Shown: one piece after another, positions 38,875-49,207 of the stretch
Layout of the letters: every line of letters begins with the position of its first letter
How positions within the stretch are numbered: the stretch's first letter is position 1
Source: a virus
Length of the DNA: 64,000 bases
IMG/VR virus record: IMGVR_UViG_3300020203_000013
Span: 1-64,000 of that record
Direction: 5' to 3' (one strand)
The notes under the pieces: model-generated
Databases searched by the model: none
Told to the model about the DNA's origin: nothing
Seen by the model: only the letters and a program-made list of their open reading frames with translations
Position numbers and translations under genes: made by a program

Positions 38875-39198
38875 TTACTTACCTGTTCCTAGTTTTCCAT
38901 CTTCCCTGCGAGATGCTATTTCTGGGGCTGCCAGTTTTGTGGTAGCGAGGCGGGGAGATGGCTTTATCTGTACAACGTCTTCTCGAATAACAGAAGGTTC
39001 ATACTTTAAATTGTAGTTGGTTTCTAGCTCAGACTCAATATCCCTGAGGAGGTCATTAGTGGACCCTAAAATCTTTGACCGAAACTGTATATAGTTATCT
39101 TGAGGTACTACAACCTCTGACAGGTCTAATACTCTTTTTTGAAGTGACTTTATTTGTTTTTCAACGAAGTCTAAAAACTTTTCCTTGTGCTTATCCAT
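38875..39198 (-). CDS. Hypothetical late protein
   Basis: 107 aa; TACTAT motif upstream. Confidence 0.6.
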   Translation of the reverse strand: MDKHKEKFLDFVEKQIKSLQKRVLDLSEVVVPQDNYIQFRSKILGSTNDLLRDIESELETNYNLKYEPSVIREDVVQIKPSPRLATTKLAAPEIASRREDGKLGTGK

Positions 39199-39270
39199 AA
39201 CCTTTACCTTTTACTCTATAGCTAACGCCCTAGAATCCTTACTTAAAAAATAGTACATTACGTATTTATA

Positions 39271-41010
39271 CTAGATAGTAAGAGAGAACTTTATTTTTCC
39301 ACAATCCCATATTCTTCTATACCTGGTGTAGTTAAATACTAACTCAGATTCAGTCAAACTAGAATCATATTTATCCCCTAATAATACCTTAAGTCTCTTC
39401 TTTTGGAAAGCCCTTCTGTGAAATAATTTCTTCCCTAAGACATAATAATATCTGGGATCTACTAAGGATTCCTGGGTAAACCCTAAAGTCTTATATAGAT
39501 TACCACTAGAATACCTTAAATCTGCAAATGAAACTATTTTTACTGGTTTATAGTTGTTTTTGAAATAAGAAAGGAGTTTGCCCGCGCCCCCTTGAACCCT
39601 ATAACTACTTAGACTGCAAAACCTAACTAACTCCCAATTGCCATTTTTAGTATCTGAAAAGCTCATTACAGAGACTAACTCCTCTTTAAAATAGAGTCCT
39701 AAGTGGGTAGTGGCCTTACAATACCCCTGAAGGTGGTTTAAATTATAGAAATTTCTAGTGCAGGTTGAATCTCTTATTTCCAGTACTTGGCACTTTCTAG
39801 CATATATCGAAGGCAGGCTATTAGATACTTTATTTTTAAGTATATTCATCCAGATAGTCTTCTTACTGGAATCTAAAATCTCTGATTCAAGGACTGTTAA
39901 CAGCTCAATTCCCTTTTCTCTACAAAGTTTGGTTTTTTTAGAGGACGCTCTTTTTTCGTCAAGAGTTTCCTGCCTGTTAAATGAGTGCCAGTACAGGCCA
40001 TTGATCTCTATTGCTAGGTTTTTCTCTGGAATAAATAAGTCCAGTTCTCCGTCTATAATGTCCCTGGTGTTTGTTTCTATATTTGTAATTCCGAGAGATT
40101 TTAAATAAGTTTCAAATTCTAACTCATAAGAGGACCTAAAAAAGTACTCTACTTTTAATCCAAAGTCAGAGAAGTCTCTTATAACTTTAGTAGCAGATAC
40201 CCCTAATATACCTGCTATAGAGGTCAAATCCCTCTTTAGGGTATTATGCATTATAAACAACCACTTCTTATACTTTGACTTATTTTCAAGAAACTTAAGA
40301 ATCTTAAGGTCTATATGTTTTTGTTTAAAGTTTTTAACTCCATAGTTACTTATTGATGTTTTCTTTGATTGCTCTTTAAACTTATCAGATAAGACGTAGT
40401 AATTTACTCCATATTTAAGATTAGTAGTACTCTTCTTTTTACTCTCGTACTGTTCCTTTTTAACAGGATCTTGCATGGTTTCTTTAAAGGAGTTTGCTGC
40501 TTTCTTTTTTAGTTCTTCACTCTTTAAAGGACTTTCTACTCCATGGTTGCGTATCATAGAGGACTTAAACTTTTCCTTAATTCTTAAACTTCTTAGTGCA
40601 GATTTAACTCCATGATTTGAATATAAAGTATCTAAAGATTTGCTATAAAACTCTGGTACTTGCAAGGCATGTTCTGTATGATACCTCTCTAACATGGTTA
40701 ACTTCATTCTTGACATGTTAGCTTTTCTAGACTCGGTGCAGTTGTTGCTACAGAATTCATTATATACGCCTGCTCTCCAGTAATTTACTAACTTTCCACA
40801 TTTACATATCGGTGCGCTGAGCTGGTCATTAAGGATGCAATATACCCTTTCAGATATACTAGAGGTAGAGGATAAAAAACTAGTCTTTTCAAGTAGTTCT
40901 GAGTATAACTTAGGTTCATTGGCTTGGAGATAGGATTTTACGCATCGTGAACGATACAACGTACCATCCTCTCTGACCATCTTAGCCTTTAATTCTTCTT
41001 TAAAACTCAT
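39271..41010 (-). mobile_element. Free-standing Hef-like homing endonuclease gene (Zn finger, [KH]YGV repeats, PD-(D/E)xK/Vsr-like nuclease, GNAT-like C-terminus)
   Basis: CKCG...FCSNNC; NHGV/KYGV/NYGV repeats; ELDLFIPEKNLAIEINGLYWH; HLQG, ELVRF, GGAGKLL, SFADLRYS, IWDCG. Confidence 0.8.
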
Positions 41011-41029
41011 ATGTTACGTAGATGATAGC

Positions 41030-41066
41030 AAAAAAAAAGAGCCAGGTCTACACCTAGCTCTTTTTT
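41030..41066 (-). terminator. Intrinsic (bidirectional-looking) terminator after the major tail gene
   Basis: GAGCTAGGT-GTAG-ACCTGGCTC plus T9. Confidence 0.8.
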
Positions 41067-41084
41067 CAGTCATGCGATTAGAAA

Positions 41085-43400
41085 TTACTCGCCTTGTGAT
41101 TCAATAGTTTTAGTTACTAAATCTACTTCCGCAAATCCTCTAATTACTGTTACTTCGTTAGTTCCCCTGAAAGCAAATGTCTGAGTAGCGTTTCCTTCTA
41201 GAGGTGTATTTGTATTTTCTTCAGTAATTCTGAGATTATTACAAACAACAGTCTTTATTGGGTACTCTCTTAAAGAACCATCAGTAACGTCATATATACG
41301 TTTAATTCCGTTAACATAGTATTCATCACCAAACATATCTGGAGATAGAACTTTTCTGTCTAGCCCCGAACCACCAGCTTCCTGGTCAGTTTGTTGGTAA
41401 ATCATAACTACTGCTGTAAGATTACTCTTAGCAAATAAGTCAACAATAGCAATGTCTGTTAATGTTCCAGACTTGTATTTATTAAGCTTTCCTGCAAAAG
41501 TGGCATACTGCTCTAAGTCACTTGCTGTAGCGTCCAAACTTACTGTAAACTTGATAGGCAAAGTCAAAGGTCTAGCGTAGTTGTTTAATCTACCTAGCTC
41601 TTTTAAAGGCTCTCTAGTTAGGCTTGAAGTAATAGTAGCTGTTTGAAGTCTTAATGCAGCCTCATAATCCCCAATTAGGATTGTTGAGTTTACAGTAGGA
41701 GATGTATTTACTAATACCGCACTTCCGTCATCAATTGCTCCAGAAGCCGTAGTAGACAGATCGATTCTTCGACTAACTTCAGAGACTCCAGATATTGTAG
41801 TATTGAATGCGTTTCCTGATACCAATACTGTAATTGCTGATCCTACGTAGTCAGCGTCAACTCCGCACAAGCTATTAACAAATGCTCCTGATGCTGTAGA
41901 AACTGCTGAACTAGATTCCCCTAGTCTTAGGTTCGGCCAAACCGAGCCTCCTAAGGTGATACTTCCATTATTAAAGTTACCTGAAAGACTATTGCTTGCG
42001 CCGATAATCTCTCTAGATGGTCCATTTTTACCTGGGCCGTCTACAACTCTAACTTTTAATCCTACGAATCTACCTAGATCTACTTTACTTTCAACGGTAT
42101 TGTTAAAAGTAATACTTGCTCCACTGATTGCAGCGCCAGTTAGTACAGACTTAAGGAGTAAATCTGGATCTACTAAGTAGACTTCAATTTGTCCTTGTCT
42201 TACTGAACCGACATCTTCTACGTCATCAGATGAGATTGGGGCAAAATATTTAGCTGAGACATAGCTAGAGTCTGCACCGCCTGGTCTCCCTGCTTCTCCA
42301 ACTTCAACGGCATAACCGTTGGCAGCATAGAAAGCAAAAACTTTATCGCTGTTTTGAAAACTAGATCTTCCTGCTGGAAGAACGTTAGATAAAGCTGAGT
42401 TTGTACCATTTGAGTAAAAGGCTAAGGTATTTACACTAGAATCGTACAAAAAGTATTCAGTTACGTTTGTTGGAATACAATCATTTAAATCAAATACAGG
42501 AATGGCTTTACTTTCTCCAATGGCTAATCCACCAGTGGCAGAAAAGGTAAGGAGAACTGAAGGTCTACCTGCTAGATCTTTCTTTAAAAATCCTAAAGTT
42601 TTATTGTCTAACTTAGGTACAGCCAAAGGAGATGCAAGAGACATCTTTAAAAATGTTTTTGCTCCTAAAGTAGCTGCTAGTATTTCTCCAGCTGCTGAGT
42701 TAGCTCCAACTCTCCACTCTTCCCACGAAAGGAATCTTGCAGAGTTAAGTAACCACTGTTTTTGCTCGGACTCAGCTGCATAGTCTTCGTTAGCCATGTC
42801 TGAGGTAGAGTAAGTTAGTGTAAGGTTGTTAACAAATACGTCTTTTAGAAGTTTAGTGAATTCAATACTATCATTGGCAGAACCTAAAGAACATTCAGAT
42901 TGAATAGGACTCCAGATATCTACACCTTTAGAGATTCCGCACTCTCTACCAAAATCTGGTAGTGCTACTCCGTGAAGGTATGCTAAGGCAGTTCCACCAG
43001 GAGAGTCTTTAATGACGATGTTTGCTTTACCTGTGCCAGATGCAGCAGGTAATCCAGAAAAAGCGGTGGCATTTAAGTCACCCTCACTGGTATCTCCAAA
43101 TCCACCAACAGTACCATTAAAGGTAACTCCATCAGATTGTCTGATGTTGTGATTAAGATTTTGAGTTGGCACTTTTGCTAAAGTCGCCATTGTATAAATT
43201 GATCCGTAATCGTGCCCTTCCAAAGTTATTGCAACTTCTGGAGAGTCATCAACGATGTCTGTTAGATTGAGGTCTCCTAACTGAAACACGTCCTCAGTAT
43301 TAAAGGTTGTTGAACTTCCAAGAGTTCTAATTCTGTAAAGAATTCTACCTTCTGCTTGTACGGACTGAGAAGCATAAATAATCCTAGTTCTTCTTGCCAT
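41085..43400 (-). CDS. Major tail (tube) protein with duplicated tube domain and inserted domains
   Basis: RIRTLG.......EDVFQLG...P.V.ITL and RLQTAT.....REPLKELG...P..F.VSL; strong RBS and terminator. Confidence 0.65.
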   Translation of the reverse strand: MARRTRIIYASQSVQAEGRILYRIRTLGSSTTFNTEDVFQLGDLNLTDIVDDSPEVAITLEGHDYGSIYTMATLAKVPTQNLNHNIRQSDGVTFNGTVGGFGDTSEGDLNATAFSGLPAASGTGKANIVIKDSPGGTALAYLHGVALPDFGRECGISKGVDIWSPIQSECSLGSANDSIEFTKLLKDVFVNNLTLTYSTSDMANEDYAAESEQKQWLLNSARFLSWEEWRVGANSAAGEILAATLGAKTFLKMSLASPLAVPKLDNKTLGFLKKDLAGRPSVLLTFSATGGLAIGESKAIPVFDLNDCIPTNVTEYFLYDSSVNTLAFYSNGTNSALSNVLPAGRSSFQNSDKVFAFYAANGYAVEVGEAGRPGGADSSYVSAKYFAPISSDDVEDVGSVRQGQIEVYLVDPDLLLKSVLTGAAISGASITFNNTVESKVDLGRFVGLKVRVVDGPGKNGPSREIIGASNSLSGNFNNGSITLGGSVWPNLRLGESSSAVSTASGAFVNSLCGVDADYVGSAITVLVSGNAFNTTISGVSEVSRRIDLSTTASGAIDDGSAVLVNTSPTVNSTILIGDYEAALRLQTATITSSLTREPLKELGRLNNYARPLTLPIKFTVSLDATASDLEQYATFAGKLNKYKSGTLTDIAIVDLFAKSNLTAVVMIYQQTDQEAGGSGLDRKVLSPDMFGDEYYVNGIKRIYDVTDGSLREYPIKTVVCNNLRITEENTNTPLEGNATQTFAFRGTNEVTVIRGFAEVDLVTKTIESQGE

Positions 43401-43430
43401 TTTGTATAAATGTACTCCTTAGCCTAAAAT

Positions 43431-44477
43431 TTACGATGTCTGTCCCTTCACTATTAATGAATCCAGACCTCCTGGAGCTGCATCTAACCCATTAAATTTA
43501 CCTACCAACTTGGGATCTCTATCTGTTTTAGAGCAAGTAGTTAAGCGAATTTTTCCCATGTGTCTCATTGAGTCAGACATATTTCCACGAGGACTAGTAT
43601 CGAACAAGACCTCTACTTTAATAAAGTACAATAAATTCCCATTACCAGGATTTAAAGTCAGGTAACTTCTATATGTTTTTCCATTAAAGTGAATGTCTTT
43701 TATAAAATCTTCATTGATTACCCCGTGTTGTTTTAGGGGTTGTCCAGATCTGTTAAAGTCTATGACTGGGGAGTGCTTGTTAAACAATCCAGACTCTATA
43801 ACATCCAATAGGCTTCTCCTATTGGCTAAACTGGTAGCAAATACGTCTATACAGTAGCTACGTTCAAATTTCACCCCTGGTCCAATTTGAAACCCGTGAA
43901 GTCCCTGTTTTTCAGGATATACTGCCACTATAGGGATGTTGGGGGTATTTTCTTGAGAAGGCCATCCGTCCAGGACAGCTACCATGTGAAATGAAAAATC
44001 TATACTGGTTGGGGTCAAAGTTGCCGCGATTCCTGATGGAGTCGTTGGGGCTGGATATCTTACCCTACCCTTTTCATAGTCTATTTGATACCAGGACCTG
44101 TCCATCTCAGAACCTGACTGGTCATAGACCTTTATAGAAGTCAGCTCCCTTTCTGTAGGTATTGAGTAAGAGCTTTGGTCAAAAGGGGTCCCGTAGGTGG
44201 AGACATAAGCACTAGTAGTTACTTCATAAATATCACAAGAATTAATTGGGGACCTTTCAAAACTATTTAGACCTCTACCTTTGGTCTTATATAAAGAACC
44301 AAAGGGATTGCTGGGATCTATTACTTTATAATCTGTTCGTTGAATTCCATTATAAAGTTGGGAATCATAGACTAAAGGTACATTCTGTACTTCTTGACTA
44401 AATTCTGGAGCTAGTATAGCTTCTTTTATATAGGAAATTAGTGATAGATGTTCTAGTTCTGTTCTGCTTAAGGACAT
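43431..44477 (-). CDS. Putative tail terminator / completion protein
   Basis: Position; V.DGWP...P.VAV, IDVFA...RR motif. Confidence 0.5.
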   Translation of the reverse strand: MSLSRTELEHLSLISYIKEAILAPEFSQEVQNVPLVYDSQLYNGIQRTDYKVIDPSNPFGSLYKTKGRGLNSFERSPINSCDIYEVTTSAYVSTYGTPFDQSSYSIPTERELTSIKVYDQSGSEMDRSWYQIDYEKGRVRYPAPTTPSGIAATLTPTSIDFSFHMVAVLDGWPSQENTPNIPIVAVYPEKQGLHGFQIGPGVKFERSYCIDVFATSLANRRSLLDVIESGLFNKHSPVIDFNRSGQPLKQHGVINEDFIKDIHFNGKTYRSYLTLNPGNGNLLYFIKVEVLFDTSPRGNMSDSMRHMGKIRLTTCSKTDRDPKLVGKFNGLDAAPGGLDSLIVKGQTS

Positions 44478-44483
44478 TTACCT

Positions 44484-44843
44484 TTATAAAACAACTAACT
44501 TTATAACGACTACTGCAATTCCTGCTGCTGTCGTATACAGTGTAATTCTTCTCCACTTAGCTGCTGATGCTTTATATATTAAAACATCTTGCTTAGCTGA
44601 GATTAACTGATCAGTTAAACCCTTAGCTTGATTATCTCTTTCATCCAGTTTGGAGTATAAATCCTTAACCAGTAGTTCACAAGAACTTAAGGTAGATAAA
44701 TCCCTTTCGGAAGCATCAAGTAAAGTAATTACATCTATTGAGTCTGAGTCTTTAATACAGACCTCTGCGTTAGCTATTCCTACTCCTATTTGATTTATCA
44801 AAAACAATACTAATATACTGTAAATAAAGTACTTTTTGGCCAT
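44484..44843 (-). CDS. Exported coiled-coil protein with C-terminal TM helix (spanin-like candidate)
   Basis: Signal peptide, coiled coil, C-terminal hydrophobic helix. Confidence 0.45.
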   Translation of the reverse strand: MAKKYFIYSILVLFLINQIGVGIANAEVCIKDSDSIDVITLLDASERDLSTLSSCELLVKDLYSKLDERDNQAKGLTDQLISAKQDVLIYKASAAKWRRITLYTTAAGIAVVVIKLVVL

Positions 44844-44844
44844 A

Positions 44845-45294
44845 TTAGTCTTTAATTCCTCGTTTAGCTTTTATACGTTTAACGTCTTCCAACATTTTAT
44901 CCTTTAATTCTTTAGATGTCAGTTTAGATAGGGACTTTCTAAGAACACTATTAGCTAGTGCATCTAACTTCTTTTTACCATTTAAAGTATTAATTCTAGA
45001 TAATAATAGTTCATTATCTTTCTTATTTTGATCTAAGGCCTGTTGTAGTATTTGAATTTGTCCCGCCAAAGCCTGAGCTTCTAGCTCTTTTTGATTCATA
45101 TAAAGACTTAAGGAGTATAACCCTAAGGTTATTACTACAGTTAAAGCTATCCAGTTAGTTAGAGCCCACTTAATCAATACCCCAAAGAAGGTAGAATTTT
45201 CTATATTAATAATTGCTGACTGTCTTCTAGTTTCAACAAAGTTGGAAATCTTTGACGATGGTTTTATGTTACTTGGTGTCTTTTTGGTGGCCAT
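44845..45294 (-). CDS. Inner-membrane spanin-like protein
   Basis: Single TM helix followed by long coiled coil. Confidence 0.45.
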   Translation of the reverse strand: MATKKTPSNIKPSSKISNFVETRRQSAIINIENSTFFGVLIKWALTNWIALTVVITLGLYSLSLYMNQKELEAQALAGQIQILQQALDQNKKDNELLLSRINTLNGKKKLDALANSVLRKSLSKLTSKELKDKMLEDVKRIKAKRGIKD

Positions 45295-45296
45295 TT

Positions 45297-45710
45297 TTAT
45301 TTACCCTGCTTTGGTAGAAATTTCTTTAAGTCTGCATTGGAAGTACCAGTATCCAACTTCTTAATTACTTCTGAAGTGGATTTTCCGTCTGTATAATAAC
45401 TGACACCTTTAATAGCTAAGATTCCTGTAATTACTGCTGTAGAAAATAGTAGCACATGGGACAAAGCTGAGTCGTAAAGAACAGTCTCGGTGTGGGTAAT
45501 AATTGTCGCTAGGCCCTCTTTGGTCAGGTACCCTAGTTTATATAAGGCAGTTGATCTCTCTATTACTTCTAATAGGATCACTTTTAAACTTAGCCAAGCT
45601 CCGATCAGTAAAAATATAAAGGTCCAAAAGGCCAAGAACTTAAAGGATATTAATTGCCATTTAAGTTTACCTAACCAGTTAGTCCAATCTTCCTTATCTA
45701 GTAGAGACAC
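45297..45710 (-). CDS. Holin-like two-TM membrane protein
   Basis: Two hydrophobic helices, charged C-terminus. Confidence 0.45.
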   Translation of the reverse strand: MSLLDKEDWTNWLGKLKWQLISFKFLAFWTFIFLLIGAWLSLKVILLEVIERSTALYKLGYLTKEGLATIITHTETVLYDSALSHVLLFSTAVITGILAIKGVSYYTDGKSTSEVIKKLDTGTSNADLKKFLPKQGK

Positions 45711-46693
45711 TAATACTTAGAAACGTCACGAATCCGCTTCTCTAACTCCTCTACAGTGTGTTGGTTTCCATTATCTGAATGGAAAACTCTGGCCATCTTA
45801 AGAACTGATTTGTCTCCACACATTCCTATCAACCTAGACAACTCTTTATGATCTTTTTCATTTATTAAATCTTGAATGAATACTTCTCTTTTAACTGAAG
45901 CAGATGTCTGAGTCTGTGTGTACTTATTAACCTTTGTAGGGTCGTAGTTAACTCCAGCCGCGCTGGGGGCTTTGGATTTTTCGTCAGATCCAGAGACTAC
46001 TTGAGATCCTTCCCTTGTAAGTTCGGGCGTTAGAACGTGGTGTCTTTTACTTAGATTTGCAGATTCGGCATTTCTTAAAGCTTGCTCTTCCTTAGAATTA
46101 ACAATCCTAGTAACAGGTTCTCCATGTTCTGAGAGCATAATCACTCCAGCTTTTTTAGTACTTTTTGATGCCTCTCTGCCTCTTTGTAGATCATCACCGC
46201 TGGTGACTTTAGCTGAGTCTAACTTGTTAGTTTCAACTAACTGTCTAATAGGATCTTTAGTTTGAATTGAATTATCAGGGTCTCTTTCTATAGACCCTAC
46301 TGCATCTGGATGTCTCATTTTTCGAAGATTTTCTGTGGCATTTTTAGCAGATGTTGCTTTTTTCAAAGATCCTGACTCTAAAGTTATAAGCTTTTTGCCT
46401 TTTACCTTAGGTTTAACAATTCCACCTTCATTCTCCTCAGTATCTTTTCCAGCCACGTCCTCATCATCTGCGATAGTCGAATTAGAATTTTCAACTAGAA
46501 AATCTTTGTCTGAAATAAAGTCAGATAGCCAAGTATTAAAGTCTGATCTGCTGATTCCCTTTTTTACAGAAGCTGTGACATGTTCGAATATAGACTCCAG
46601 AGACCTTGCTTGGCCCGATGCCCATTCTAGTTTTAATGACACCATAGGGAGGTTGCCAATAAATCTTAAATTCGATGTTGTACTTGTATGCAT
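45710..46693 (-). CDS. Hypothetical protein
   Basis: 327-aa charged ORF in late operon. Confidence 0.65.
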   Translation of the reverse strand: MHTSTTSNLRFIGNLPMVSLKLEWASGQARSLESIFEHVTASVKKGISRSDFNTWLSDFISDKDFLVENSNSTIADDEDVAGKDTEENEGGIVKPKVKGKKLITLESGSLKKATSAKNATENLRKMRHPDAVGSIERDPDNSIQTKDPIRQLVETNKLDSAKVTSGDDLQRGREASKSTKKAGVIMLSEHGEPVTRIVNSKEEQALRNAESANLSKRHHVLTPELTREGSQVVSGSDEKSKAPSAAGVNYDPTKVNKYTQTQTSASVKREVFIQDLINEKDHKELSRLIGMCGDKSVLKMARVFHSDNGNQHTVEELEKRIRDVSKY

Positions 46694-46711
46694 AAACTAT
46701 ATTACCTTATA

Positions 46712-47095
46712 TTAATCTTCTCTAGATGTCCTATTATAATCAATTTTCTTCTTTAAATCAATATTATCAATTATAAAATGTAGAATATTACTAATCCTCT
46801 GACTTACTAGTATTATTACGAATAAGTTCAATGGGTTATAATTAACTAACTGAGGTAGCTCATCAAAGTACCAAAAAATTACGGACCAAATTAAAGAAAC
46901 CCAGAAGCTCTTACAGTATCCACAGAATAATAAATAAGTTAAGTAATCGTTTAATTTCGTAAACCTTGTAGTTATATTTAATATAAAAGTTATAACTGGT
47001 TGAAATATAACACTTTTAGTTACTGAAACACTTATCTCTACTAAAAAAGATAGAAGGAGTAAACTACTTACTATTTGCATATCGGGCTTGAACAT
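46712..47095 (-). CDS. Membrane protein, DUF1360-like
   Basis: Several TM helices with LLFCGYCKSFW motif. Confidence 0.55.
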   Translation of the reverse strand: MFKPDMQIVSSLLLLSFLVEISVSVTKSVIFQPVITFILNITTRFTKLNDYLTYLLFCGYCKSFWVSLIWSVIFWYFDELPQLVNYNPLNLFVIILVSQRISNILHFIIDNIDLKKKIDYNRTSRED

Positions 47096-47831
47096 ACTTT
47101 ACTGCGTTTTCTACTGCGGGTTGTATTACCATGGATTGAATTTCTTCCTCACTTAATACTCCCGCAAACCAGTTTTTTCCTGCCTTACCTGACTGTGGGT
47201 GCTTCAACTGCTCTAAGGAGTAGGAATATCCTGCTGACTTTAACCTAGAGTTTATACTCAACTTTTCTTCTCCAGATGTAATGGTCCATAAATGTCCATC
47301 TCCAAATCTCCCTAGCTGTCCTGGAGAACGACCTTTTATTGCTTCATAAGCATCTAAACTAATCCAATATAGATCGTTTCCAAAAGAACCGACTAAGAAG
47401 TAAACTAACCACTGTATTGGAGCCGTTCCAGTTACATCCCCTTCTTTTCCAAAACCGCAAAATCCATCCGATAACAGGACTAATTCTAACTCTGAGTCTG
47501 GAGACACGCTAGTAGCGGCTAGGGCAAAGTTATTCCTAATTTCCGTCTCTATAGAACTTATATACCCTCCTTGTAAGAAGGACGTTGGATCTTGTGAGGC
47601 TACAACACTGGAGCTAAAGTACTCCGCTTGTATTTCTGCAAAGACCTGTAGAGTTTTTGATATAAAATAGTTTTGGACAGATGAAGTTAATAACTGCTTC
47701 TTTAACTCAGCGATGTAGGTAGTTTTAAGAGTTTTTTCTATGTCTTTGATGAGGGTATTTATTTGGCCGCCAATCGCTGCCTCTGCTTTTGTAGCATTTG
47801 CTTTTAATTTAACTTTAATTCCACTTACCAT
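47064..47831 (-). CDS. Putative neck / head-completion protein
   Basis: Position between head closure and tail genes. Confidence 0.45.
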   Translation of the reverse strand: MVSGIKVKLKANATKAEAAIGGQINTLIKDIEKTLKTTYIAELKKQLLTSSVQNYFISKTLQVFAEIQAEYFSSSVVASQDPTSFLQGGYISSIETEIRNNFALAATSVSPDSELELVLLSDGFCGFGKEGDVTGTAPIQWLVYFLVGSFGNDLYWISLDAYEAIKGRSPGQLGRFGDGHLWTITSGEEKLSINSRLKSAGYSYSLEQLKHPQSGKAGKNWFAGVLSEEEIQSMVIQPAVENAVKYVQARYANSK

Positions 47832-48568
47832 ATGTCGTCACCAGAAGTTATTGGTGGAACTGTCGGTGTAACCACTGAGGCTTGATTAGAAACTTGCCCC
47901 TGCTCCGCCACATTTATTCTTGGATCTGCATCATAGCCCGTATCAACGCTTGAGTCAACCTGGGTTGTAGATAGGTATAACTGAGTAATATGTTTACTAC
48001 CAAGGCCTTTTAGGTATGCAGGCACTTCGACTTTATAAGTTACTCCGTCAATTATGAATGACTTAGCATCTCTACAGATGGGGTAGTGCTTTTCATAAGT
48101 TTTAAGTCTGGTTATTTGCATTCCATCTCTTCCAGCAGGCAAGTCTTCGAATCCAGGACTGTCCACTCCCCTAGATAATTTGTTTTCAGTAACTACGGCT
48201 TTTATGCATATGCTATTTGGGGACGTTAGTACTCCCGCGCCCGCACATACTGGACAAACGGCGGTGTTTAATACTCTAGGATTGGGAATGCTAGGATTAT
48301 ACTGTACACCACTGGCCGTTACTACGTTAAATGGTTGGGGATAAACGGTTGAAGCAAATCCAGTTGTAGGAAATATAGTTACTGGTCTTAAAAAGTTACT
48401 ATCCCAGTTATTAGTTGAAGAATTCTGAATGTTATCAAATAAACAGTTTGGGCATTTAACAGAGTAAGGCTCTAAGTTAACCTGAATCTTTCGACCCATT
48501 TTATCTATGTACTCATTAAATCCTACCTTAAATTCCTTTTTAAGGGAGGTAGGTATATTTAAAGACAT
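47825..48568 (-). CDS. Putative head-closure protein with Zn-binding CPNC...CPVC.G.G
   Basis: Motifs and position. Confidence 0.5.
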   Translation of the reverse strand: MSLNIPTSLKKEFKVGFNEYIDKMGRKIQVNLEPYSVKCPNCLFDNIQNSSTNNWDSNFLRPVTIFPTTGFASTVYPQPFNVVTASGVQYNPSIPNPRVLNTAVCPVCAGAGVLTSPNSICIKAVVTENKLSRGVDSPGFEDLPAGRDGMQITRLKTYEKHYPICRDAKSFIIDGVTYKVEVPAYLKGLGSKHITQLYLSTTQVDSSVDTGYDADPRINVAEQGQVSNQASVVTPTVPPITSGDDIW

Positions 48569-48570
48569 AA

Positions 48571-49200
48571 TTATTCTACCTTGTATACAGGTAGTGACAT
48601 AATTTTACACTTCAATCTGACTTCAATAGATTCTTTAAGCTGTCCACTTATTAACTTCATTAAATCAAGTAAAGTATTTGGTCTCCTAGACGCATCGAAT
48701 TTAGAATCTGAATCCTCTAGACTAACTGCTGCATTTATATAGTTTTGTAATTTTTTGCTCATCAAAATGTAGGCAGTAGCTAATAGTAGTAACTCGGGGC
48801 CTAAATCAGTAAAAGTTAAACTGCACTGAGATGTTAAGTAAGTTAATGCAGAAGAGTCGTAGGTGTCTAGTATCTCTAAATCAGAGTTATCAAAGTGATC
48901 ATAGATGATTACTAAGCTGGAGTTGAGTCCAATAGTTCCAGGTTGGAATCTTATGTACTTATACCCCATTACTTGTGCTCCAGGAGATCCACTAATCTCT
49001 ACCCCATCGACATATATTTCTTTAGGATAGCCTTTTGGCTCTTGGAGAGCGTATATAGTCCCACTGGCTGTTAAATTTCCACAGGCAGTTGCATTATCAA
49101 ACGAGTCTATAAATATCTCTTTAGTATCAGATATTAACTGTCTTATACGGAATATTATTTCTTGTTCCTGAACCTGAAAGATTGCTTCTGGTATATACAT
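48571..49200 (-). CDS. Putative head-tail adaptor
   Basis: RIRQLISD...SD.EI pattern; position after capsid. Confidence 0.5.
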   Translation of the reverse strand: MYIPEAIFQVQEQEIIFRIRQLISDTKEIFIDSFDNATACGNLTASGTIYALQEPKGYPKEIYVDGVEISGSPGAQVMGYKYIRFQPGTIGLNSSLVIIYDHFDNSDLEILDTYDSSALTYLTSQCSLTFTDLGPELLLLATAYILMSKKLQNYINAAVSLEDSDSKFDASRRPNTLLDLMKLISGQLKESIEVRLKCKIMSLPVYKVE

Positions 49201-49207
49201 ATATATA

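Noticed and set aside
41085-43400. Tail sheath assignment based on size and position
   Set aside because: No sheath motifs recognised; duplicated tube-type motifs fit better
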